Positions 56,080 to 64,000 of a stretch of 64,000 nt of DNA are shown in pieces. The notes beneath the pieces are model-generated. The model was given only the letters and a program-made list of their open reading frames with translations. It was not told where the DNA came from and made no database searches. The DNA comes from Candidatus Lustribacter sp. (GTDB taxonomy: Bacteria > Vulcanimicrobiota > Vulcanimicrobiia > Vulcanimicrobiales > Vulcanimicrobiaceae). The stretch is from the NCBI GenBank assembly GCA_965277805.1, contig OZ255842.1, forward strand, positions 4,768,001 through 4,832,000, given 5' to 3'. The first letter of the stretch is position 1, and the number at the start of each line of letters is the position of its first letter. A program made the position numbers and the translations under genes.

Positions 56080-58526
56080 AAAAATACGAGCCACGCCTTG
56101 AAGGCGTCGAGTGGAAGTGGCCGGCAAATGCTAAAGCCCTGCGCGTAGCGGCACGACCGCTGGCGAAGCCAGTTGATCTGTTCGGGCTGTTCCGTTCCTT
56201 CGCCCAATGCGTCGAAGCCGAACGACTTTGAAATAGAGATGATCGTCTCGACGATCGCTTGATCGTGCGGATTGTCCAGAATGCCGGCGACGAAGCTCTG
56301 ATCGATCTTGACGATGTCGACCGGCAAGCGCTTCAGTGACGAGAGTGAGGAGTAGCCGGTCCCGAAATCGTCGATCGCGATCCGCACGTCCAAGCGCCGA
56401 AGCGCCCGGCAGACCCGGCGCGTCGCATCGACGTCACGCATCGCGTCGCTCTCCGTAATCTCGACGCCGATGCTGCCCAACGCCACGCCGCTGCGCGCCG
56501 CATTGGTAAACAAACGAATGATCTTCGCGTTTCCCGCCTGGCGTCCGGAGAGGTTAAAATACAGGCGAAAGCCGTCGCGCGACACAGTCATCAACTCCTT
56601 GGCCGCCGCGAAGGCATTGCGCATCACCCAAGCATCGATCTCGGCGATGAAGCCGGTTTGCTCCGCGAACGGGATAAACTGCTCGGGCCCGACGAGGCCT
56701 CGCGTCGGATGATGCCACCGAATTAAGGCTTCGCATCCGGCAACCGACCCGGTTGCGATCTCGACGTGGGGCTGGAAGTACAGTTCAAACTGATCGTGAG
56801 CCAGCGCAGCCATCAGATCGTTGCGAAGCGTCGCACGCCGTAGCGCGTCGCCTTCCATTCCCGATTCGTACACGACGATCGATCCGTGGCCTTTTCCTTT
56901 TGCGACCAGCAGCGCCGCGTCAGCGTGGGACAGGATCGCGTCGATGGTCGAACCGTCCTCCGGCGCCATCGCGACCCCGAAGCACGCGTTGAGCGCGATG
57001 AAGTTCTCACCTTCACGGTCGCCCGTCGAAAACGCGCGCGCGAACACCTCGGCGAAGTCAAGCGCTCGTGCGTGCGCGGCGCGCTTGGAGTCCGGATCGG
57101 GAATGAAAATAGCAAAGACGTCGCCGCCCACGCGACCGACGAGTTCGCTTGCCGATGCGCGTTGGCGCAGAGCACTGCCGACCTCGACCAGCAGTGCGTC
57201 GCCCGTCATATAGCCGTAAGATTCGTTGACTTCGCGCAACGCGTCGATGTCGACCAGCACGATGGCATGGCGTTCGCAGTTCCGCCCTGCCGCACGGGCC
57301 TGCGAGCGGAAATGCGAACGGTTCATCAGTCCGGTGAGGACGTCGTGAGACTGCTGGTACACGATACGGTCGAATTGCCAACGCTGCTGAACGTTGCCGG
57401 CAAAAAACGATGCCAGCACTTCGATATAGGCCTTGTCTTGCGGACCGAAGGGGTAGAGGCTGGGCATTGTGGAGGCAAACGAAAGGCCCCACGTCGTCCC
57501 GCCGGCCGTAAATGTCGTCGCGATCAGCGAGCGCGTTCCATTTTGCCGCGCCAACGGACTGGCCCACGGTCCGGGATGAAGATCGTCCCATGCGCGAGCC
57601 CCGCCGCCCGCGGCAAGGAGTTCGTTGACGACGCCGCTTTCGATCGGCACGATATCTCCGGCGCGCATCGTCAGCGCTCCGGTGACGGCAGGGAATGGGC
57701 CGGTTACCGCCTCGACGATCATCTCTGTGCCGTCGACGCGCCAGAGCGCTCCCTGAAAACCTTGACCGCTACGCATCGCGGATGCGGCTTCCCGAAGCAT
57801 TGCCGGCCAACGCTCTTCGTCCCGAAGCTGTGAGTCATTGACGATCCGCCACAGCGCCTCCAGACGCTCGGCGTGGTGCCGCGTGCGCTCCTCCTCGATG
57901 CGAAGCGAGGTCTCCAACTCGCTGAGTTGCAGTTGATTGGCGAACGAAGCCGCCAGGATTTCGATATACGAATAGTCCGGCGGACCGAACGGCACGGCCG
58001 AAGGCGCGGCGAGCGACGCAATCGTCAGAACGTGGGTCTTTCCGCACGCAACGAAGTTCGTCGCGATTTGGGCCCGAATGCCGAGCGCGCGGCGCTCGGC
58101 GCTGAGGTCCGGCAGGGTCTGAACGTCGTCCCAGGACCGCGTGCGCGTTACGCCGACATCGCGAGCGTGGATCGTTGCGCTCACCGGCACGCGCCGGCCG
58201 ACGCGGACCGCTGCTCGCAGCGGCGAATCGGCCCCGCCGAGTTCGCCGGCCGCTGCGTCGAAGATGTAATCCTTGCCCTCGACGTGACCGAGCACCGCGA
58301 AGTACGGCTCGCCGGGTCGCATCGCTGCCGCGGCTTCGCTGAGCATCGCCGAAATGAGCGCTTCACCGCCGAAGTTCGAGGTGTTGACGATTCGCCATAG
58401 CGCCTCGAGCCGCTCGGCGTGGTGCTGTGTGCGTTTCTCGGACGCCGGTACTCGCCTCAGTGCGTTGCGTAAGAGAGCGAGTCGTTTTCTCAGCACTTCG
58501 GCACCTCTCCCGATTGTGCTGAACAC
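56046..58526 (-). CDS. GAF-GAF-GGDEF-EAL protein
   Basis: HDVLTGLMNR, RVGGDVF, CEALIRW, DDFGTGYSSL. Confidence 0.92.
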   Translation of the reverse strand: MFSTIGRGAEVLRKRLALLRNALRRVPASEKRTQHHAERLEALWRIVNTSNFGGEALISAMLSEAAAAMRPGEPYFAVLGHVEGKDYIFDAAAGELGGADSPLRAAVRVGRRVPVSATIHARDVGVTRTRSWDDVQTLPDLSAERRALGIRAQIATNFVACGKTHVLTIASLAAPSAVPFGPPDYSYIEILAASFANQLQLSELETSLRIEEERTRHHAERLEALWRIVNDSQLRDEERWPAMLREAASAMRSGQGFQGALWRVDGTEMIVEAVTGPFPAVTGALTMRAGDIVPIESGVVNELLAAGGGARAWDDLHPGPWASPLARQNGTRSLIATTFTAGGTTWGLSFASTMPSLYPFGPQDKAYIEVLASFFAGNVQQRWQFDRIVYQQSHDVLTGLMNRSHFRSQARAAGRNCERHAIVLVDIDALREVNESYGYMTGDALLVEVGSALRQRASASELVGRVGGDVFAIFIPDPDSKRAAHARALDFAEVFARAFSTGDREGENFIALNACFGVAMAPEDGSTIDAILSHADAALLVAKGKGHGSIVVYESGMEGDALRRATLRNDLMAALAHDQFELYFQPHVEIATGSVAGCEALIRWHHPTRGLVGPEQFIPFAEQTGFIAEIDAWVMRNAFAAAKELMTVSRDGFRLYFNLSGRQAGNAKIIRLFTNAARSGVALGSIGVEITESDAMRDVDATRRVCRALRRLDVRIAIDDFGTGYSSLSSLKRLPVDIVKIDQSFVAGILDNPHDQAIVETIISISKSFGFDALGEGTEQPEQINWLRQRSCRYAQGFSICRPLPLDAFKAWLVFFYGSLAGVENG

Positions 58527-58560
58527 CGTGCAGCCATCGTATCAAGGTGCCCGGCCCGCG

Positions 58561-58584
58561 TCTGTGAACCGCGCACTTCACAGA
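58561..58584. promoter_or_regulatory. inverted repeat TCTGTGAA-N8-TTCACAGA
   Basis: Perfect 8-bp arms between the XRE-GAF gene and the GGDEF-EAL gene. Confidence 0.45.
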
Positions 58585-58595
58585 CAAGGACGCCC

Positions 58596-59474
58596 TCACG
58601 AGACCAGCTGCAATACGCTCGCTAGACTGTGCAGCATCTCAACTTCGCGCAACTCGATCCGGCGTGGTTCGCACCACGAGACGGCTATCGTCCCTCGATA
58701 GCCCTGGCGGTCCAGCAGAGGGACCGCGATGACGCTCCCCACGCCGAGATCGGCATTGAACTCGCGCCACACGTCGGCCGGGCACTCGTACTCGTAGTCA
58801 CCGTGCGCGGCGGACGGCGACTCGAAAGCCAGCCGGACTGACTGCTCACCGGCGCGCTCGTCGGCCGTGGGAACGTGCTCGCTCACCCCGACGCCACCGT
58901 GCCGGAGCGCGCGGTGAGCCTCGTGGACGACGCGATCGCACATCGGCTTCCAGAAGCGCGCCCGCCGGCCGGTCGCGCGACCGCGGATGCCGCCCGCATC
59001 TTCGAGATTGATGACGCCGACGCAATCCACCGCCAAGAGCCGGGCTCCCGTTTCCATCGCTTCCACCGCCGCATCGTCATAGCTCGCAGCCGCGGATACG
59101 CGCGTAACGTACTGTCGCATCTCGGCCAGGTTGAGGACCGGGTCGCCCTGGACGCAGTCTTCTATCTGGCGCGCAACGCGACGGTCGTAGAGCAACTGCG
59201 CGATCTTCGTCGCCAGCCCGGCCGTGATCGCTGCGCAGCGTCCGTTCTCAATCGCGCAGTACCATTCGCGGCTGATCGCCAGGGCCTCGGCTAGCTCTTC
59301 TTGAGTCACCGGCTGCCCGACTCGTCCCGGCCTCCGAACGTAATCGCCGACGACCTCAACTCGTGGTGAAATCGCTCGCCGCCGCTGCCTCATATCGCTC
59401 AGCAACTCGTGCGGAAATCTAGGCACCTCGTCTCCCCTCAAGCTGATCGTGGCAAACGAATCACGAGGCGTCAA
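58596..59474 (-). CDS. XRE-family HTH + GAF domain regulator
   Basis: VTQEELAEALAISREWYCAIENG; SVIAVPL...GTIAVSW. Confidence 0.8.
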   Translation of the reverse strand: MTPRDSFATISLRGDEVPRFPHELLSDMRQRRRAISPRVEVVGDYVRRPGRVGQPVTQEELAEALAISREWYCAIENGRCAAITAGLATKIAQLLYDRRVARQIEDCVQGDPVLNLAEMRQYVTRVSAAASYDDAAVEAMETGARLLAVDCVGVINLEDAGGIRGRATGRRARFWKPMCDRVVHEAHRALRHGGVGVSEHVPTADERAGEQSVRLAFESPSAAHGDYEYECPADVWREFNADLGVGSVIAVPLLDRQGYRGTIAVSWCEPRRIELREVEMLHSLASVLQLVS

Positions 59475-59485
59475 GGACTTTTAGT

Positions 59486-61168
59486 TCACGGCGTTTCGCT
59501 GCGCTCTAATAGGTAGTCCAAGCCACCGACGCGATACCAGCGGTAACCATACGGCTCCAACTCGATCGTGTGTTGCCCGTGGTTGCCGTGGCTGTGATCG
59601 TCGGAAAGCAGGTTGACCAGCTCATCGACGTTCCTGTTCGTGCCGGCTTTCGAACTTGTCCGAAGGTCCAAGTGAGCGGGATTCGTTTTGCCCGACAGAT
59701 TATGCACGATGAGGACGGCATTGTTTCGCCATTCGTATTGAAGTGCGAGAACGTCGGCAGCGTGGGTGTTGAGGATCGCAAAATCGCCCCAGCCGATCTC
59801 CGGCACTTCTTTGCGCATCCGGATGATGCGCTCCATCCAGTTGAGCAGCGAATTCGGATCGCGTCGCTGGCCGGCGACGTTGACGTTGTGGTAACTGAAC
59901 GGCCCCTCGGAAATCACGGGGAGAACCGGTTTGGCGTTTTTCGTAAATCCGGCAAGCGGTTCGGTCGACCATTGCATCGGCGTCCTGACGGCGTTCCGTT
60001 CCTCCAGGTTAAGATCGTCCCCCATCCCGATTTCATCGCCGTACTCGAGCACCGGCGTGCCGGGCAGCGTCATCATGAGGCTATAGGCGAGCTCGATGCG
60101 CGCTCGATTTCCGCCCAGCATCGGCGCAAGCCGGCGACGAATTCCCCGGTCGTAAAGTTGCATACGCTTCTCGGGTCCGAACGCAGCGAAGACCTGTTCG
60201 CGCTGCCGTTTCGTGAGTCGTCCGAGATCGAGTTCGTCGTGATTGCGCAAAAATATTCCCCACTGCGCAGTTGCCGGACGCGGCTTCGTCGTCTCGAGCG
60301 CCTTCACGAGCGGACCGGCGTCGGCGGTCGCGAGCGCGTAAAAGAGCGCCTGATTCACTTCAAAATTAAACAGCAGCTGGAGCCGTTCGCCCGTCTCGCC
60401 GAAATAATTCATGTCCTCATCGGGAAGGACGTTGGCTTCCGCAAGGACGATCGCTTCGCCGTCGCGCCATTGCAAGAATTCCCGAAAAGCGCGCAACATT
60501 TCGTATTGCTCTTTTGGTTTGGCGCCGGCGCGCGGGCCCTTTTCGGCGATGACGAACGGCACCGCGTCCATGCGAAAGCCCGACACGCCGAGCTGCAGCC
60601 AAAACCCCATGATCTTGAGAATCTCGGCGTGCACGCGTGGATTCGCGGTGTTGAGATCGGGCTGGAAATCATAGAACCGGTGAAAATACCACGCTTTGGC
60701 GCTCTCCTCATAGGTCCACGTCGTTTTTTGCACGCCCGGGAAGACGACGCCCTCATGTGAATTACGCGGCTCGTGATCGGACCAAATGTACCAGTCGCGA
60801 AACGGCGACGCCTCATCCGCGCATGCCGACGTGAACCACGGATGTTCGTTCGATGTGTGATTGACGACCAGGTCGATGATCAGGCGGATGCCACGCGCTT
60901 CGCAACCGCGCGCGACCTCGACGAAATCGCCGAGGGTTCCGTACCGCGGATCGACATTATAATAGTCGGTGATGTCGTAGCCGTCGTCGCGATTCGGCGA
61001 TGATTGGAACGGCATGAGCCAGAGCGTCGTTACGCCGAGCCCTTGCAGGTAATCGAGACGGCGCAAAACGCCCTCGAGGTCGCCGATTCCGTCGCCGTTC
61101 GAATCCATGAATGTGGCCACGGAGATCGCATAGACGACGGCGTTTTTGTACCACAGATCGCTGATCAC
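59486..61168 (-). CDS. GH13 trehalose synthase-like (maltose alpha-D-glucosyltransferase) protein
   Basis: WYKNAVVY, DLVVNHTS, GFRMDAVP, LAEAN, FLRNHDELDL. Confidence 0.9.
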   Translation of the reverse strand: MISDLWYKNAVVYAISVATFMDSNGDGIGDLEGVLRRLDYLQGLGVTTLWLMPFQSSPNRDDGYDITDYYNVDPRYGTLGDFVEVARGCEARGIRLIIDLVVNHTSNEHPWFTSACADEASPFRDWYIWSDHEPRNSHEGVVFPGVQKTTWTYEESAKAWYFHRFYDFQPDLNTANPRVHAEILKIMGFWLQLGVSGFRMDAVPFVIAEKGPRAGAKPKEQYEMLRAFREFLQWRDGEAIVLAEANVLPDEDMNYFGETGERLQLLFNFEVNQALFYALATADAGPLVKALETTKPRPATAQWGIFLRNHDELDLGRLTKRQREQVFAAFGPEKRMQLYDRGIRRRLAPMLGGNRARIELAYSLMMTLPGTPVLEYGDEIGMGDDLNLEERNAVRTPMQWSTEPLAGFTKNAKPVLPVISEGPFSYHNVNVAGQRRDPNSLLNWMERIIRMRKEVPEIGWGDFAILNTHAADVLALQYEWRNNAVLIVHNLSGKTNPAHLDLRTSSKAGTNRNVDELVNLLSDDHSHGNHGQHTIELEPYGYRWYRVGGLDYLLERSETP

Positions 61169-61216
61169 GACGTCCCTCTACCCATAATGTGGCTCGAGAT
61201 GGGCATAAGCGGGGCG

Positions 61217-62791
61217 ATGTGGTGGCAAGACGGGATCATATATGAGGTTTATCCGCGTTCGTTTTTTGACACGAACGGTGATGGGATCGGGGATCTGCCG
61301 GGCATTGCGGAACGGCTCGACTACCTGGAGCGGCTCGGGGTCGACGCCGTCTGGCTTTCGCCGGTCTATCCGTCGCCTATGGCCGATTTCGGCTACGATG
61401 TCGCGGATTATTGCAACATCGATCCGCTGTTCGGATCGCTTGCCGATTTCGACGCACTGCTCGCCGGGGTACATGCGCGCGGCATGCGCCTCATCCTGGA
61501 CTTCGTTCCGAACCACACCTCCGAACAGCATCCATGGTTTTTGGCGAGCCGCTCATCGCGTAGCGATCCGAAGCGTGATTGGTATTTGTGGCGCGACGCC
61601 GCGCCGGGCGGTGGACCCCCGAACAATTGGCAAAGTCAGTTCGGTGGAAGCGCGTGGGAATGGGATGCCGCAACCGGTCAATATTACTTGCACTCGTTTT
61701 TGAAAGAACAGCCCGATCTGAATTGGCGGAATGCCGGCGTTCGTGAGGCCATGTATGACGCGTTGCGTTTTTGGCTCGATCGCGGCGTCGATGGATTTCG
61801 CGTCGACGTCCTGTGGCTTTTGATCAAGGACGATCGCTTTCGGGACAACCCCGTCAATCCGGCATGGCAACCCGGCCAATCCACCTATGACCGCTTCGTG
61901 CCGTTGTATACGTCGGACCGGCCGGAAGTACAGGCGATCGTTGCGGCGATGCGATCCGTCCTGGATGCCTACACGGACCGCGTACTCATCGGGGAGATCT
62001 ATCTGCCCATCAAGCGGCTCGTCGCCTATTACGGACTGGATCTTCGCGGTGCGCAGCTGCCGTTCAACTTCGCCTTGATTCAGACCGCTTGGAACGCGGC
62101 CGCGATCGCAAGTATCGTACGCGAATATACGAGCGCCTTACCGCAGGGTGCGTGGCCGAACTGGGTGCTCGGAAATCACGACCAGTCGCGAATCGCGACG
62201 CGCGTCGGAACGGCGCAAGCCCGTGTGGCGGCATTGCTGCTGTTGACCTTATGGGGAACGCCGACGATGTACTACGGTGACGAACTCGGGATGGTCGATG
62301 TCGCGATCCCGCCCGGCGACGTGCGCGATCCGGCAGAATTGCGTCAACCCGGGATCGGCGCGGGACGGGATCCGGAACGTACGCCGATGGCATGGGATAC
62401 GTCGGTGAACGGCGGCTTCTCCCCGGCAACACCATGGCTGCCGCTCGGCAGTAACGAACGTCAGGCGAACGTCGCCGAACAAGAGCGCGACGGCACCTCG
62501 ATGCTCGCCTTCTATCGCAAACTCATCGCCCTGCGGCGCGGTAATAAAACTGTGCTTTGTTCCGGAAGTCTTGAGGACGTCGTCGTGACGGGCACCGTCC
62601 TTCGTTATGCGCGCCGGAGCCCCGAACGGACGATGGACGTCTTTCTCAACCTGGGGGCAGCGGATCAACGCGTCGACGGATGTGCCGGGACCATCGTGCT
62701 TTCGACGGCTCCGGAACGCGCGCTGGGCGCGGTTCCCGACGCCTTAACCCTTCATCCCAACGAAGGAGTCATCGTCGAGCAGCTCCGTTGA
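61217..62791 (+). CDS. GH13 alpha-glucosidase / oligo-1,6-glucosidase
   Basis: WWQDGIIYEVYPRSF, DFVPNHTS, GFRVDV, IGEIY, LGNHD. Confidence 0.92.
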   Translation: MWWQDGIIYEVYPRSFFDTNGDGIGDLPGIAERLDYLERLGVDAVWLSPVYPSPMADFGYDVADYCNIDPLFGSLADFDALLAGVHARGMRLILDFVPNHTSEQHPWFLASRSSRSDPKRDWYLWRDAAPGGGPPNNWQSQFGGSAWEWDAATGQYYLHSFLKEQPDLNWRNAGVREAMYDALRFWLDRGVDGFRVDVLWLLIKDDRFRDNPVNPAWQPGQSTYDRFVPLYTSDRPEVQAIVAAMRSVLDAYTDRVLIGEIYLPIKRLVAYYGLDLRGAQLPFNFALIQTAWNAAAIASIVREYTSALPQGAWPNWVLGNHDQSRIATRVGTAQARVAALLLLTLWGTPTMYYGDELGMVDVAIPPGDVRDPAELRQPGIGAGRDPERTPMAWDTSVNGGFSPATPWLPLGSNERQANVAEQERDGTSMLAFYRKLIALRRGNKTVLCSGSLEDVVVTGTVLRYARRSPERTMDVFLNLGAADQRVDGCAGTIVLSTAPERALGAVPDALTLHPNEGVIVEQLR

Positions 62792-63194
62792 GGCTATTCC
62801 GTGAGGCTCGCCTCGCGTTTCGGAAATCGGTCCGCGATCGTCGCAGTGACCGGCCCCGGACTGAGGCGATTTTCCCGCCTCAGCAATGTCTGACGCCGGC
62901 GCCAAAGCGTTCGGCTATACGAAACGTTCATGAGAAACAGCGCCCCATTGACCGCGCTCGCCGCAATCAGCCCGAGTGTCGCCGGACCGAGCTTCGCAAA
63001 AACGTGAGCCGCTGATGTCAGCATGCTCCATTAAACGTGACGGCGCTCGTTTCACGCATGTCAGCCGCGCATCCCTAATCTGTCTTTCATGGGGCCGAGC
63101 CGCGCCGGGGAGGGAGAGCAGCTAGGTAAGCCCTCACCAAGCTGAGGACCATCCGAATGTAGCTCCGGATCATCGGCGCCGATAGTATAGAGCT

Positions 63195-64000
63195 TTGCAA
63201 ACCCTTACTGATGTGTTCGCACCCGGCGCGCCGCCGCCGCCCGAGGGGCTCCGAACGCTGCACGTCTCTCCTAACGGGTACGTCGAGCCCGGACAGACGA
63301 TCCATGCGACGTTTGCGTTCCGAAATCTCGGCGGTGGCACCGCGACCGGATTTCGCGTTCGTTTCCGCCTTCCCGAAGGTCTGACGTACCTGGTCGGCAC
63401 CGCGCGCATCGATTCGACGCCCGCCGACGAGCAGGGCGGACTGACGGCGCTGCTTCACGGCTCGGGTGCCGACATCGGCGAAATTGCGCCCGGCGACGAG
63501 CGGCGGATCTCGCTCGATTATACCGTTGCTTCGACGATCGAGAACGGCACCCAGATCGCGATTCAAGCTGCGATTGCGTCGTTCGAAGTTCCCGTCATCG
63601 GTTCGAACGTCGTGCGCCTCGTGGTTCGCAGCAAGCCGCTCCTGCGCAACCCGAAGACCGTCCTCGCCGTCGCGCCCGTTCGTGAGGTGGCTCCGGGCGC
63701 AGAACTGCAACTGCGTGCGGTAATCCACAATGGGGGGCACTCGAGCGCGCACGACGTGATCGCGCTGCTGCCGCTTCCCAGCCACACCACCTACGTCGAG
63801 CGGAGCGCGCGCATCGATGGTCGCGAACTCGCCGGCTCTTCCGACGATCCTTTCGGCGTGGGCCGGCCTGCGATCGTCGCGCCGGCACTCGCTCCGGGCT
63901 CGACGATTGAGGTCGGCTATCGGGCGCGCATCGATCCCGTCATCGAGGACCAGACATCAATTGTCGTTCGCGGTGGAATCGGTTCCCTGGAAACCGCCGA
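63195..64000 (+). CDS. DUF11-repeat protein, 3' partial (absent from the ORF track because it has no stop in the window)
   Basis: Reads VEPGQTIHATFAFRNLGGGTATG...LPEGLTYLVGTARID, then a second unit VAPGAEL...NGGHSSA...LPSHTTYVERSARID. Confidence 0.8.
   Translation, partial: MQTLTDVFAPGAPPPPEGLRTLHVSPNGYVEPGQTIHATFAFRNLGGGTATGFRVRFRLPEGLTYLVGTARIDSTPADEQGGLTALLHGSGADIGEIAPGDERRISLDYTVASTIENGTQIAIQAAIASFEVPVIGSNVVRLVVRSKPLLRNPKTVLAVAPVREVAPGAELQLRAVIHNGGHSSAHDVIALLPLPSHTTYVERSARIDGRELAGSSDDPFGVGRPAIVAPALAPGSTIEVGYRARIDPVIEDQTSIVVRGGIGSLETA

Noticed and set aside
62794-63024. 76-aa minus-strand ORF with a hydrophobic stretch
   Set aside because: No recognisable family and poor SD spacing; cannot support as a gene
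63087-63180. Structured RNA (glycine-riboswitch-like GGAGAG...CCGAA) or short peptide
   Set aside because: Lacks the remaining conserved riboswitch elements; hairpins are unremarkable for this GC content
1-64000. Many long antisense or alternate-frame ORFs (e.g. 33808..35700, 8961..10292, 59570..60760)
   Set aside because: Arg/Pro/Ala-rich shadows of real genes, expected at high GC; no recognisable motifs
1-64000. CRISPR arrays, tRNA/rRNA genes, transposases or integrases
   Set aside because: No spaced direct repeats, cloverleaf or mobile-element motifs seen by eye

Overview
High-GC bacterial chromosomal segment with about 60 densely packed CDSs. I found no rRNA, tRNA, CRISPR array or transposase. 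The secreted and lipoprotein families (GANGNVAP-type NHL repeats, 'CGGGG...YISPS' lipoproteins, orphan solute-binding proteins) suggest a soil organism of the Eremiobacterota/Vulcanimicrobiota type; this is inference, not a marker-gene call. Content is dominated by aromatic/heterocycle catabolism (three Rieske oxygenases, a ferredoxin, an hca/bph-like dioxygenase operon, cupins, aldolases), transporters, signalling proteins (STAND-LuxR, PP2C, GGDEF-EAL, PilZ) and storage metabolism (PhaZ, two GH13 enzymes). Most notable: (1) a DsbA/FrnE-like selenoprotein (in-frame UGA in a UPFC motif followed by a SECIS-like hairpin) that the ORF track truncates; (2) a Cry34/aegerolysin-like gene translationally coupled to an unknown partner, next to a LuxR mini-operon; (3) an uncharacterised catabolic cluster with a tandem 3-hydroxyanthranilate-dioxygenase-like fusion and a signal-less TAXI-fold protein; (4) a lipoprotein/beta-barrel/secreted-protein triad; (5) several palindromic operators, including one shared by an ArsR gene and a DUF6855-like gene. 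Several apparent frameshifts sit in short runs and may be sequencing errors. All family calls come from visual motif recognition; no searches were run.
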